A DNA stretch of 31,686 nt, taken from an uncultured Oscillospiraceae bacterium. Its GTDB lineage: Bacteria > Bacillota > Clostridia > Oscillospirales > Oscillospiraceae. Positions 1-8,786 of the stretch are shown here, piece after piece. The stretch's first letter is position 1, and every line of letters begins with the position of its first letter. The translations under genes were made by a program, and so were the position numbers. The DNA is taken from contig CANRBW010000001.1 of NCBI GenBank assembly GCA_947628975.1, positions 1 through 31,686 of the forward strand. The letters run 5' to 3'. The notes below the pieces were generated by a model that saw nothing but the letters and a program-made list of their open reading frames with translations, was not told where the DNA came from and searched no databases.

Positions 1-469
1 CCGAGTCCACCACCACCACGTCCACCGCCCCGGAGCGGACCAGCATCTCCACGATCTGGAGCGCGTCCTCGCCGGTGTCGGGCTGGGAGATGAGCATGGA
101 GTCGATGTCCACTCCCAGGGCGCGGGCGTAGCTGGGGTCCAGGGCGTGCTCGGCGTCCACATAGGCCACCTCGCCGCCCCGCTTCTGGCTCTCGGCCACG
201 ATGTGCAGGGCCAGGGTGGTCTTGCCGGAGGACTCAGGGCCGTAGATCTCGATGATGCGGCCCTTGGGGACCCCGCCGATGCCCAGGGCCAGGTCCAGGG
301 ACAGCGAGCCGGTGGGGATGGCGTCCACCACCACGTGCTCGTTCTCTCCCAGGCGCATGATGGCGCCCTTGCCGTAGTCCTTCTCGATCTGGGCAATGGC
401 GGTCTCCAGGGCCTTCTTGCGGTCGGACGCGGGGGAGGCGGCGGGTACGGTCTTTTTCTTGTCAGCCAT
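1..469 (-). CDS. recA: Recombinase A, N-terminal part (runs off the left edge)
   Basis: Manual translation from ATG at 469: [42 protein letters not shown]...[20 protein letters not shown] (Walker A)...[10 protein letters not shown]...[25 protein letters not shown] upstream. Missing from the ORF track because it is truncated. Confidence 0.98.
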   Translation of the reverse strand, partial: MADKKKTVPAASPASDRKKALETAIAQIEKDYGKGAIMRLGENEHVVVDAIPTGSLSLDLALGIGGVPKGRIIEIYGPESSGKTTLALHIVAESQKRGGEVAYVDAEHALDPSYARALGVDIDSMLISQPDTGEDALQIVEMLVRSGAVDVVVVDS

Positions 470-490
470 GTCAGGTATCGTCCTCTCCTG

Positions 491-1390
491 TTATTTTATG
501 GGGGGCTGGGGGCCCTGCCTGGGCGGCAGACGGCCCTCCACCACCCGCCAGATCCCGGCGGTGTCGGGGTAGGTCTGTATCTCCTCCAGCCCGGCCCGGA
601 CAAAGAGCTTTTCCACCGGGTCGGACTGGCCCAGCCCCACCTCGCACATCAGCCACCCGCCGGGGCGCAGGGCGGCGGTCCACCGCTGGGTGATGGCCCG
701 GTAGAAGTCCAGGCCGTCCGCCCCGCCGTCCAGGGCCAGATGGGGCTCGTAGAGGCGGACAGAGTCGTCCAGACCGGCGATCTCCCCGGAGGGGATGTAG
801 GGGGGGTTGGCGGCGATCACGTCAAAGTCGCCCAGGGCCCTGGGGGGCTTTTCCAGGGCGTCGGCCCGACAGGTGGAGACCCGGTTTTCCAGGCCGTTGC
901 GGCGGATGTTCTGCCGGGAGACCCGCAGCGCGCCGTCGGACAGGTCGGCCAGGATCAGGGCGGCCCTGGGACAGTGGACCGCCACCGCCAGACCCACGCA
1001 GCCGCTGCCGGCGCACAGGTCCAGCACCCGCGGCTCGCCGGGGAGGGCGTCGGCGCGCAGGATGGCCTGCCGGGCCAGGACCTCGGTGTCCTCCCTGGGG
1101 ATGAGCACCTCCGGGGAGATGTCCAGGGGGACGCCGTAGAACTCCCACTCCCCCACCAGATAGGCCACCGGCTCCCCCCGGAGCCGCCGGTCCATCAGCT
1201 CCCGGAAGCGCCGGACGGCGCCGTCGGGGGCGTAGAGGGCCATGTCCCGGTATAGGGCCTCCCGGCTCTTCTCACAGGCGAAGCCCAGCAGCTCCATCGC
1301 CTCCAGCTGGGCGTTGTCGCTGCCGGCGGCCCGGAGGGCCCGCCGGGCGTCCAGATATAGGGTGTTGTAGGTGGCGGCTATGGGGATCAC
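491..1390 (-). CDS. prmC: Release factor glutamine methyltransferase (HemK/PrmC)
   Basis: GEPVAYLVGEWEFYG, LIPREDTE, SAM motif LDLCAGSG and catalytic NPPY. The start is uncertain (GTG 1390 vs ATA 1381). Confidence 0.95.
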   Translation of the reverse strand: MIPIAATYNTLYLDARRALRAAGSDNAQLEAMELLGFACEKSREALYRDMALYAPDGAVRRFRELMDRRLRGEPVAYLVGEWEFYGVPLDISPEVLIPREDTEVLARQAILRADALPGEPRVLDLCAGSGCVGLAVAVHCPRAALILADLSDGALRVSRQNIRRNGLENRVSTCRADALEKPPRALGDFDVIAANPPYIPSGEIAGLDDSVRLYEPHLALDGGADGLDFYRAITQRWTAALRPGGWLMCEVGLGQSDPVEKLFVRAGLEEIQTYPDTAGIWRVVEGRLPPRQGPQPPIK

Positions 1391-1415
1391 CTTCTCTGCC
1401 GGGTTTGGGGGGACC

Positions 1416-2459
1416 TCACCAGGCGTCGGCGCCCTTCTCCTGGGGCAGGACCTCCGACAGGGCCCGGATGCCCACCTCGAGCATGGAGTCGTCGGGCTCC
1501 TGGGTGGTCCAGTTCTGGAGCCACAGCCCCGGCGCGGTGAGGATACGGGTGAGCCAGTTGTCGTGCCGGCCCACGAAGCGGTTGATCTCGTAGGTGATGG
1601 ACACGATGATGGGCAGGGAGGCCAGCCGGACCGCCAGGCGCAGCCAGACGTTGTCCCAGCTGCCGCCCAGCAGGGCGTGGACCAGGATGGCCACCGCCAT
1701 GATGACGAACAGGAAGCTGGTGCCGCAGCGGGGGTGGTGCCGGGGCATTTTGCGGACGTTCTCCACCGTCAGGGGCAGGCCGTTTTCGTAGCAGAAGATG
1801 GTCTGGTGTTCCGCCCCGTGGTAGCGGAAGACCCGCTTCATATCCTTGATCTTGGACATCAGGATGATATAGGCCAGGAAGATGAGGATGCGCACCGCAC
1901 CCTCGATGAGGTTCAGGAGCAGCTGGCGGCCGGGGTCGATCCAGCCCAGGCGGGTGAACAGCCCGGTGATGAGGGTGGGCAGGATGAAGAACAGCAGGAT
2001 GGAAAAGCCCAGGCCCAGGATCACCGAGACGGTGACCACCGCCCCCAGGGCCTTGTCGCTGAGGCTGTCGTCGCTCTGGTCCTTCTCCGGCAGGGGCTTG
2101 CCCGCCTTCCGGGCCCGCTCCCGGCGCTTTTCCTCCCGCTTTTCCCGGCGGGCGCGGGCCTTTTCGCTCTCGGCCTCCTCCTCGTCGTCGGGGTAGAACT
2201 CCGCGGAGTACATCAGGGCCCGGACCCCGTGGACCATGGAGTCCACAAAGTTCACCGGCCCCCGGAGGAAGGGCAGACCCAGCCAGGGGTGGCGGGTCTT
2301 CACCAGCTTCAGCGGCTCCACCTTCACCTCCAGCTCCCCGTCCGGCTTGCGGACCACCACGGCCTCCTTCTCCGGGCCGCGCATCATGATGCCCTCGATG
2401 AGGGCCTGCCCGCCGCACATGGTCTTGAATTTGGGACAGCCTTCCTTACATTTGGCCAT
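1416..2459 (-). CDS. DUF1385 (YqhQ-like) membrane protein with charged insertion
   Basis: GGQALIEGIMMRG, YHGAEH, HPRCGTSF and LQNWTTQEPDD motifs. ATG 2459 has RBS AAGGAG; the ORF-track TTG 2531 lies in the -35 box. This family often lies next to prmC. Confidence 0.9.
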   Translation of the reverse strand: MAKCKEGCPKFKTMCGGQALIEGIMMRGPEKEAVVVRKPDGELEVKVEPLKLVKTRHPWLGLPFLRGPVNFVDSMVHGVRALMYSAEFYPDDEEEAESEKARARREKREEKRRERARKAGKPLPEKDQSDDSLSDKALGAVVTVSVILGLGFSILLFFILPTLITGLFTRLGWIDPGRQLLLNLIEGAVRILIFLAYIILMSKIKDMKRVFRYHGAEHQTIFCYENGLPLTVENVRKMPRHHPRCGTSFLFVIMAVAILVHALLGGSWDNVWLRLAVRLASLPIIVSITYEINRFVGRHDNWLTRILTAPGLWLQNWTTQEPDDSMLEVGIRALSEVLPQEKGADAW

Positions 2460-2502
2460 GGAAAAACTCCTTTTAGAAACGAACGGATGTTTGATAAAAG
2501 AC

Positions 2503-2531
2503 AGTGTAGCACACCTTCGGGAAAAATGCAA
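2503..2531 (-). promoter_or_regulatory. Sigma-A-type promoter for DUF1385-prmC-recA
   Basis: Minus strand TTGCAT-N17-TACACT with TGn extension. Confidence 0.6.
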
Positions 2532-2552
2532 GCCCCAAAGTGGGCGGGGAGG

Positions 2553-3662
2553 TCATTTCCCGGAGACGTAGACGGTGCAGGTGAGGGTGGAGCCGTCGGA
2601 GAGGGTGCAGGTGATCTTGGCGCTGCCGTTGCCCACGCCGGTGACGGTGCCGTCGCCGGAGACGGAGGCCACCGAGGCGTTGCTGGAGCTCCAGGACGCG
2701 GCCTGGCCGTCCCGGACCCGCAGGCGGACCGGGTCGGGGTACTGGGCGGTGATGGAGAAGTCGGTGTAGTTGAGGGAGGCGGAGCCCCCGGCGGGGGCGG
2801 CGGACGGGGACGGGGAGGCGGGGGCGGAGGCGGCCTGGCCGGACATCCCGCTGACCCGGACGATGGCGGTGGCGGTGGCCCCGCTCTGGGCGGTGACGGT
2901 GAGCTTGGTGTTGCCGTTGCCCACGGCGGTGACCACCCCGGTGGCGCTGACGGTGGCCACGGCCTCATTGTCCACCGCGTAGGTGGCCTGGGCCCGGCCC
3001 ACCCCGTCGATCTCCAGCTGGTAGGTGGGGTATCTGGGGGAGAGGGTGAAGTCGGTGCTGCTGAGCTTCAGCGTCCCGCCGGGGGCGGCGGAGGCCGCCG
3101 GGGCCGCCGAGGACGCGGGGGAGGCGGAGGGGGCCGGGGAGGGGGCCAGGGTCTGGGCCACCGGGTCGGTCTCCACCGGGGGCAGGTCGGGGGAGTCCAG
3201 ACTCAGGGGGTCGTCGGTGACCACGGCGGGGTCCTCCACCGGGGGCAGGGGCAGCGCGGAGGGGTGGGCCGACGGGGCGGCCGAGGCGGGGGCGGGGACC
3301 TCCGGGGACGCCGAGGGGGAGGGGGAGGGGTCGCCTCCGTCGCCGGAGGGGGGCAGCAGCCGGGGCAGAAGCTGGGTGCACATGACCCAGATGGCGGCCA
3401 GGATAACGGCGGCGGAGACCACGTAGAGCGCGATCCGCAGCCAGAAGCCCGGCCCCCGGCCCGGCTTGCGGCCCCCGGCCAGACGGCGGCCCCCCTGGCG
3501 GGGGGCGTAGTCGTCCTCGTCGTCGTAGGGGGGCTCGTAGCTGTCGTCGTCCCGGGAGCGGGAGCCGGCCTTGGCGTCACAGAAGGGACAGCGGCGGTAT
3601 GTGGCGGCGTAGTCCTCGCCGCAGTTGTCGCAGTGGATCAGTTCCGTCCGGTTTTTAGCCAT
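2553..3662 (-). CDS. Membrane-anchored protein: N-terminal Zn ribbon, TM helix, Pro/Ala/Ser linker, two Ig-like (Big_2-type) domains
   Basis: CDNC...CPFC, hydrophobic segment FWLRIALYVVSAAVILAAIWVMC, repeats VDNEAVATVSATGVVTAVGNGNTKLTVT and SSNASVASVSGDGTVTGVGNGSAKITCT. RBS AGGAGG. Confidence 0.85.
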   Translation of the reverse strand: MAKNRTELIHCDNCGEDYAATYRRCPFCDAKAGSRSRDDDSYEPPYDDEDDYAPRQGGRRLAGGRKPGRGPGFWLRIALYVVSAAVILAAIWVMCTQLLPRLLPPSGDGGDPSPSPSASPEVPAPASAAPSAHPSALPLPPVEDPAVVTDDPLSLDSPDLPPVETDPVAQTLAPSPAPSASPASSAAPAASAAPGGTLKLSSTDFTLSPRYPTYQLEIDGVGRAQATYAVDNEAVATVSATGVVTAVGNGNTKLTVTAQSGATATAIVRVSGMSGQAASAPASPSPSAAPAGGSASLNYTDFSITAQYPDPVRLRVRDGQAASWSSSNASVASVSGDGTVTGVGNGSAKITCTLSDGSTLTCTVYVSGK

Positions 3663-3721
3663 ATGACCGCCTCCTGTATGGATTGGAGCCCTTGACAGGG
3701 TGACATAATTCCTAGTTTATT

Positions 3722-3750
3722 ATTCTACACATTCCCACGGCGTTCGTCAA
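3722..3750 (-). promoter_or_regulatory. Sigma-A-type promoter for the Ig-like gene
   Basis: Minus strand TTGACG-N17-TAGAAT with TGn extension. Confidence 0.65.
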
Positions 3751-3791
3751 CAGCAAAGGAAAAAATTTGAGAGGAAATTCCGGTCAAATAC

Positions 3792-3820
3792 TTCCACAAC
3801 TGAGAAGAACATGATATAAT
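3792..3820 (+). promoter_or_regulatory. Sigma-A-type promoter for the oxidoreductase
   Basis: TTCCAC-N17-TATAAT with TGn extension. Confidence 0.55.
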
Positions 3821-3896
3821 TACCCCATAAGATACGGACGGCCCCGGCGGAGCCTGGCGCCGGGGCCACTCTCAAACCAGAAGGAGGCCGTTCCCC

Positions 3897-5114
3897 ATGA
3901 GTCTGCACATCGAAAACGAAGCCGCCCGCTGTCTCAACTGCAAGGTCCCCATGTGCCAGAAGGGCTGCCCCATCTCTACCCCCATCCCCCACATCATCCA
4001 GATGTTCAAGGAGGGCAAGATCATGGAGGCGGGGGAGGCCCTCTACCTCAACAACCCCCTGAGCTACATCTGCGCCACCGTCTGCGACCACGGCTCCCAG
4101 TGCTACGGCCACTGCGTCCTGGGCAAAAAGGGCACGCCGGTGCAGTTCTTCGAGATCGAGAAGTTCATCTCCGACACCTATCTGGCCCGGATGACCTACG
4201 ACCGCAAGCCCTCGGTGGGGAAGAGCGTGGGCGTGATCGGCTGCGGCCCCGCGGGGATGACGGCGGCCATCGTCCTGGCCCGGAACGGCTACGACGTGAC
4301 CATCTTTGAGAGCAAGGACATGATCGGCGGCATGACCCAGTACGGCATCCCGGAGTTCCGCCTGGGCCACCCGGTCTTCGTGCGCTACAAGAAGCTGCTG
4401 CTGGGGCTGGGGATCAAGGTCCGGCCCAACACCACCATCGGCGGGGCGCTGAAGATCGAGGACCTGTTCCGGGACGGCTACGCCGCCATCTTCGTGGGCA
4501 CCGGGGCCTGGCGGCCCAGGACGCTGAACATCCAGGGGGAGAGCCTGGCCCACGTCCACTACGGCATCTCCTATCTGGAGAACCCCTCCCACCACGACCT
4601 GGGCGCCAACGTGGTGGTCATCGGCATGGGCAACGTGGCCATGGACGTGGCCCGCACCGCCTTCCGGGGCGGGGCCCAGCGGGTGACGCTGGTGTCCAAC
4701 AGCCTCCATGCCACCGCCAGCGAGCACGAGATGGACTACACCCGGCTGGACGGGGCGGAGTTCGTCTACGGCAAGTCGGTGACCCGGATCACCGAGGAGG
4801 GGCCCATCTTCCGCAGCGTCCTCTTTGACGACGAGGGGAACGCCACCGGCTTTGCCGACGACGAGACCCTGATGCCCGCCACCGCGGTGGTCATCGCCGT
4901 GAGCCAGATGCCCAAGGACAAGCTGATCCAGTCCACCTACCACCTGGAGGGCAACGACAAGGGCCTGCTGGTGGTGGACGAGAACTATATGACCACCCGG
5001 GAGGGGGTCTTCGCCGCCGGGGACGTGGTCACCGGGCCCAAAACGGTGGTCCACGCTGTCAACGGGGCCAAGCTGGCCGCGGAGGCCATGATGCGCTACA
5101 TCGAGGGCAAGTGA
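3897..5114 (+). CDS. Fe-S/FAD NAD(P)-dependent oxidoreductase, GltD/PreT/SudA-like family
   Basis: Cys clusters CLNCKVPMCQKGCP and CATVCDHGSQCYGHC, GxGxxG (IGCGPAG), GGMTQYGIPEFRL, GMGNVAMD, FAAGDVVTGP. Confidence 0.85.
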   Translation: MSLHIENEAARCLNCKVPMCQKGCPISTPIPHIIQMFKEGKIMEAGEALYLNNPLSYICATVCDHGSQCYGHCVLGKKGTPVQFFEIEKFISDTYLARMTYDRKPSVGKSVGVIGCGPAGMTAAIVLARNGYDVTIFESKDMIGGMTQYGIPEFRLGHPVFVRYKKLLLGLGIKVRPNTTIGGALKIEDLFRDGYAAIFVGTGAWRPRTLNIQGESLAHVHYGISYLENPSHHDLGANVVVIGMGNVAMDVARTAFRGGAQRVTLVSNSLHATASEHEMDYTRLDGAEFVYGKSVTRITEEGPIFRSVLFDDEGNATGFADDETLMPATAVVIAVSQMPKDKLIQSTYHLEGNDKGLLVVDENYMTTREGVFAAGDVVTGPKTVVHAVNGAKLAAEAMMRYIEGK

Positions 5115-5132
5115 CCGAAGAGACGACATAGC

Positions 5133-5169
5133 GAGGGGCGGGACCCGCGGGTCCCGCCCCTCCGTTTTG
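5133..5169 (+). terminator. Intrinsic terminator
   Basis: Perfect 30-bp palindrome GAGGGGCGGGACCCG-CGGGTCCCGCCCCTC followed by CGTTTTG, just after the stop. Confidence 0.75.
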
Positions 5170-5264
5170 TCCCGCGAGCCTGGCGGCGCGCCGCCCCGCC
5201 GGGGGTGACAGCTGGGTCCGCGAACGCGCCGCCGGCCGCCGCCTTGACCGCCTCCGGCGGCCGG

Positions 5265-6416
5265 TCACAGCTCCAGGGTCAGGCCGTCGGAGCTGAGGCC
5301 GTCCTTGTGGAGCATCTGCTCCAGCACGGCCACGTCGCTGGTGATGTCCAGGGCCTCGTCCTGGAACAGGCGGTCCAGCTGTTTTTCAAACCCTTCCACC
5401 ACCTTGTCCATCATCCCCTCGATGCGGACCTTGGCGGCGGAGATGTTCTCCCCCTCCACCCCCTGGCGGTCCAGCTGGGCATAGGCCCGCAGGATCTTCA
5501 GGGTGGTGGGGAGGTAGTAGCTCAAAAAGCCCCGGAGCTGGCCGGCCTTGCCGGGGTTCTTGCGCTGGTAGTCCAGGATCTTGCCGGTGATCTCCCCGAT
5601 GCGGTCGATCTTCGCGCTCATCACCGGGTCGGGGATGGCGTCGTTCACCTCCCGGATCTGGCGGAGGATGTCGTTGTCGTCGGCGGGCTGGGGCGGTTCC
5701 TGGGGCGCGTCCTCCAGCCCCTGGGCGGAGAGGACCAGCCGGTCCCCGGCCAGGTCCAGATAGCCCGTGGGCAGGATGCCCCGGTCCAGCATCTCCTGGA
5801 GCTCCCGGCAGACCTTTTTCCGGGCCCGCCCGGCGGCCTGGGCCAGGGCGGAGACGCTGACGCTCTCCCGGCGGCCGATCAGGCCCAGATACTTGAGGTA
5901 GAGCCGGGCCTTGCTCCGCTTCCGCAGACCGTAGAGCAGGGAGAGCAGGCCCCAGCCCGACAGGGCGCCGCAGGCGGCCAGGGCCCCGTTCCCCAGGGAC
6001 TGGGCCAGGCAGATCAGGGCGGCGGTGCCGAACAGCCCCAGCAAGACGCCCCCCAGGACGATGGCCCCCCGCCCGGCGGTGACCTTCACCTTGGACCGGC
6101 CCGCCCCGGCCGCCGGGCCGCTCTGGGCCTGGCCGGAGGCGGTCTGGGCCTGGGAGGTCTGGGTCTGGACGGTCTGGGCCTGGGAGGTCTGGGCGGCGGG
6201 GGCGGTCCAGCTCTGCCCCGACGCCGTGCCGGAGCGGGACAGGGCGCGCCACAGCCGGTTGAGCAGGGAGGGAATGGCCACCAGCAGGGAGACCAGCAGG
6301 TCCACCAGCAGCTCCACCAGGCCGCCCCGGGGGGGCCGGGGCGGCGCCGGACGGGGCGGGGGCTGGCGGGACCGGTCCCGGCGGGGCGGGTCGTATTTGT
6401 AGTGGTATTCGGACAT
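5265..6416 (-). CDS. XpaC-like (5-bromo-4-chloroindolyl phosphate hydrolysis family) membrane protein
   Basis: C-terminal motif FLSYYLPTTLKILRAY...FEKQLDRLFQDEALDITSDVAVLEQML; N-terminal TM helices. ATG 6416 has RBS GGAGGAG. Confidence 0.8.
   Translation of the reverse strand: MSEYHYKYDPPRRDRSRQPPPRPAPPRPPRGGLVELLVDLLVSLLVAIPSLLNRLWRALSRSGTASGQSWTAPAAQTSQAQTVQTQTSQAQTASGQAQSGPAAGAGRSKVKVTAGRGAIVLGGVLLGLFGTAALICLAQSLGNGALAACGALSGWGLLSLLYGLRKRSKARLYLKYLGLIGRRESVSVSALAQAAGRARKKVCRELQEMLDRGILPTGYLDLAGDRLVLSAQGLEDAPQEPPQPADDNDILRQIREVNDAIPDPVMSAKIDRIGEITGKILDYQRKNPGKAGQLRGFLSYYLPTTLKILRAYAQLDRQGVEGENISAAKVRIEGMMDKVVEGFEKQLDRLFQDEALDITSDVAVLEQMLHKDGLSSDGLTLEL
6140..6193. repeat. 30-nt-period coding repeat (QTSQAQT)
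   Basis: CGGTCTGGGCCTGGGAGGTCTGGG at 6140-6163 and 6170-6193. Confidence 0.8.
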
Positions 6417-6450
6417 GGTATCGCTCCTCCGTCTGACCGTATACAGATAC

Positions 6451-6479
6451 ATCATACACCCCGGCCGGGGAAAAGTAAA
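6451..6479 (-). promoter_or_regulatory. Sigma-A-type promoter for the XpaC-like gene
   Basis: Minus strand TTTACT-N17-TATGAT. Confidence 0.6.
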
Positions 6480-6523
6480 GGGATTTCCGCCCGGCGGCCG
6501 GGGCGGTTGTTACCGCTTTGTAA

Positions 6524-6552
6524 TTGCTTTTTGGGCGGTTTTCTTCTATAAT
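6524..6552 (+). promoter_or_regulatory. Sigma-A-type promoter for the VanW-family gene
   Basis: TTGCTT-N17-TATAAT. Confidence 0.65.
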
Positions 6553-6618
6553 GTATAAATTAATGGACCCGTAAACCAGCGGGGGACCATCCCCCGAAGT
6601 GACGAGGTGTTGCAGGCC

Positions 6619-8640
6619 ATGGAGGAAAAGGGACCGGTGGAACAGGGGCCGGAGCGGACCCAGGGGACGGAGCGGGCCCAGGGGGGCCGCCGTCTGGCCG
6701 GGAAAAAGGGGCTGGGCAAGGGGGCCAAGGTGGCCATCGCCGTGGCCGCCGTCCTGGTGGTCGCCCTGCTGGGGAGCTATGTGGGCCTTTGCGCCTACGC
6801 CGCGGGGGACCGGGTCCTCCCCGGCACCTATGTGGGCGACGTGGACCTGAGCGGCCTGAGCCTGGAGGAGGCCGCGGCCCGGATGGAGGAGGCGTCCCAG
6901 GCGCGCTATGAGGCGCTGGAGATCCCCATCCGGGTGGGGGAGGACAACGTGATCACCTTCTCGGCCAAGGACGGCCAGGTGAAGGCGATCGGGGACAGCG
7001 AGGCCGCCGTCCAGGCGGGGAAGGGCAGTTTCCTGGCCGGGGGGTGGAACTTCCTGGCCGGCCTCCTGGGCCGGGAGACCCAGCTCAACTGCCAGGTCAG
7101 CGTGGGCAACAGCGCCTATTTGGCCGACACCCTGCGGGCGGTCTCCGCCGCGGTGGACCAGCCGGTGGAGGACCCCCACTGGGAGGTGGACGAGGAGGCC
7201 GGCGAGCTGGTCTTCTACCGGGGCCGGACCGGCCAGAGCGTGGACCAGGAGCAGGTCTTTGACGACCTGATGACCGCCCTGGCCGACCAGGGGGGCGACG
7301 TCACCGCCGCCATCCGGCTCACCGCCCCCCAGGAGCCGGACTTTGACGCCATCAAGACCCAGGTGGACCGGGAGCCCCAGAACGCCTCTCTGGACGTGGA
7401 GACCGACCAGGTCATCCCCCACAAGCTGGGCCTCACCATGGACGCCCAGAAGGCCAGGGAGGCCTTCTCCGGCCTGACCGAGGGGGAGAGCGGCCGCCTG
7501 GCCCTGGAGACCCAGGAGCCGGAGATCACCACCCTGGAGCTGCGGGCCGGCCTGTTCCGGGACCTGCTGGGAGAGGGCAGCAGCAAGATCTCCGGGGACG
7601 CCAACCGGGTGGGCAACGTGAAGCTGGCCGCCGAGGCCTGCAACGGCGTGGTCCTCCTCCCCGGAGAGCGGATGTCCTATAACCAGACCACCGGCCAGCG
7701 CACCGCCGCCAAGGGCTACCGCAAGGCGTCGGGCTACACCGCCAACGGCATCGAGGACATGGTGGGCGGCGGCGTGTGCCAGCCCTCCTCCACGCTGTAC
7801 CTGGCCTGTCTCAACGCCGACCTGGAGATCGTGGAGCGGTCCAACCACCGCTACACCGTGTCCTATATGCCCGACGGCATGGACGCCACGGTGAGCTGGC
7901 CCAACCTGGACTACGTCTTCGCCAACAGCACCCCCTACCCCATCAAGGTGGAGACCTCCATCGAGAACAAGACCCTCACCGTGCGCATCTACGGCACCAA
8001 GACCGACAACAGCTATGTGAAGATGGAGAGCGTCCGGCTGTCCACCACCCCGGCGGGGGTGCGGTATCAGGCGGACGAGAGCGTCCCCGCGGGCACCACC
8101 AGGGTGCTCCAGGCGGCCCACACCGGCAAGAAGGTCCAGGTCTACAAGAACATCTACAACGGGGACGGCACCCTGCGCAGCCGCACCCTCATCAGCACCG
8201 ACACCTACCGCCCCGGCGACAAGGTCGTGGCCTATAACCCCGCCGACGGCGCGCCGGACGGCAGCGTGGCCCCCACCGGGTCCACCGCCCCCACGGTGGA
8301 TCCCATGACCGGCCTGCTGGTGGATCCCACCACCGGTGAGCCGATCCAGGACCCCGCCACCGGTGAGCCGGTGGTGGCCGACCCCGGCCCGGCCGAGCCC
8401 TCTGACCCCGGCCCGGCCGCCGCTCCCTCCCCCCAGCCGGGGGAGACGGAACCCGCCCCGGAGCCGGGCCAGGCCGATCAACCCGCCCCGGAGCCGGGCC
8501 AGTCCGACCAGCCCGCCCCGGAGACCCCCGCCGGCGGGACGACGGAGCCGGCCCCGGAGCCCCCCGCCCCCAGTGAGCCGCCGGTGCTCCCCCCGGAGCC
8601 CACGCCGGTCCCCGCCCCGGAGGGGATCCCCATGAGTTGA
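6619..8640 (+). CDS. VanW-family (YoaR-like) cell-wall protein: TM anchor, PG-binding-like region, VanW domain, G5 domain, Pro-rich tail
   Basis: NRVGNVKLAAEACNGVVLLPGERMSYNQTTG...GGGVCQPSSTLY...ERSNHRYTVSYMPDGMDATVSW (VanW); G5-like VLQAAHTGKKVQVYK...DTYRP. ATG 6619 follows GAGGTG; GTG 6607 is an alternative start. Confidence 0.88.
   Translation: MEEKGPVEQGPERTQGTERAQGGRRLAGKKGLGKGAKVAIAVAAVLVVALLGSYVGLCAYAAGDRVLPGTYVGDVDLSGLSLEEAAARMEEASQARYEALEIPIRVGEDNVITFSAKDGQVKAIGDSEAAVQAGKGSFLAGGWNFLAGLLGRETQLNCQVSVGNSAYLADTLRAVSAAVDQPVEDPHWEVDEEAGELVFYRGRTGQSVDQEQVFDDLMTALADQGGDVTAAIRLTAPQEPDFDAIKTQVDREPQNASLDVETDQVIPHKLGLTMDAQKAREAFSGLTEGESGRLALETQEPEITTLELRAGLFRDLLGEGSSKISGDANRVGNVKLAAEACNGVVLLPGERMSYNQTTGQRTAAKGYRKASGYTANGIEDMVGGGVCQPSSTLYLACLNADLEIVERSNHRYTVSYMPDGMDATVSWPNLDYVFANSTPYPIKVETSIENKTLTVRIYGTKTDNSYVKMESVRLSTTPAGVRYQADESVPAGTTRVLQAAHTGKKVQVYKNIYNGDGTLRSRTLISTDTYRPGDKVVAYNPADGAPDGSVAPTGSTAPTVDPMTGLLVDPTTGEPIQDPATGEPVVADPGPAEPSDPGPAAAPSPQPGETEPAPEPGQADQPAPEPGQSDQPAPETPAGGTTEPAPEPPAPSEPPVLPPEPTPVPAPEGIPMS
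8451..8523 (+). repeat. 30-nt-period coding tandem repeat (PAPEPGQxDQ)
   Basis: ACCCGCCCCGGAGCCGGGCCAG at 8451 and 8481, and a partial copy at 8511. Confidence 0.8.
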
Positions 8641-8673
8641 GCCCCGCGGGAGACCCTACTCACCCCAGCGTCA

Positions 8674-8706
8674 ACGGCGTCGCCGGGACCGGCGGCGCCG
8701 TCTTTT
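8674..8706 (+). terminator. Intrinsic terminator
   Basis: ACGGCGTCGCCG-GGAC-CGGCGGCGCCGT followed by CTTTT. Confidence 0.6.
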
Positions 8707-8786
8707 CCGACTTTCCTCCCCTTTTCCCAGGGTCGCCGGACCGGGCGCGCCGCCCGCCGGACCCGCCGCCACGCAAGGAGGACCCC

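Noticed and set aside
6619-8640. Vancomycin resistance gene (vanW)
   Set aside because: No van cluster genes nearby; the VanW+G5 architecture is the common chromosomal YoaR-like type.
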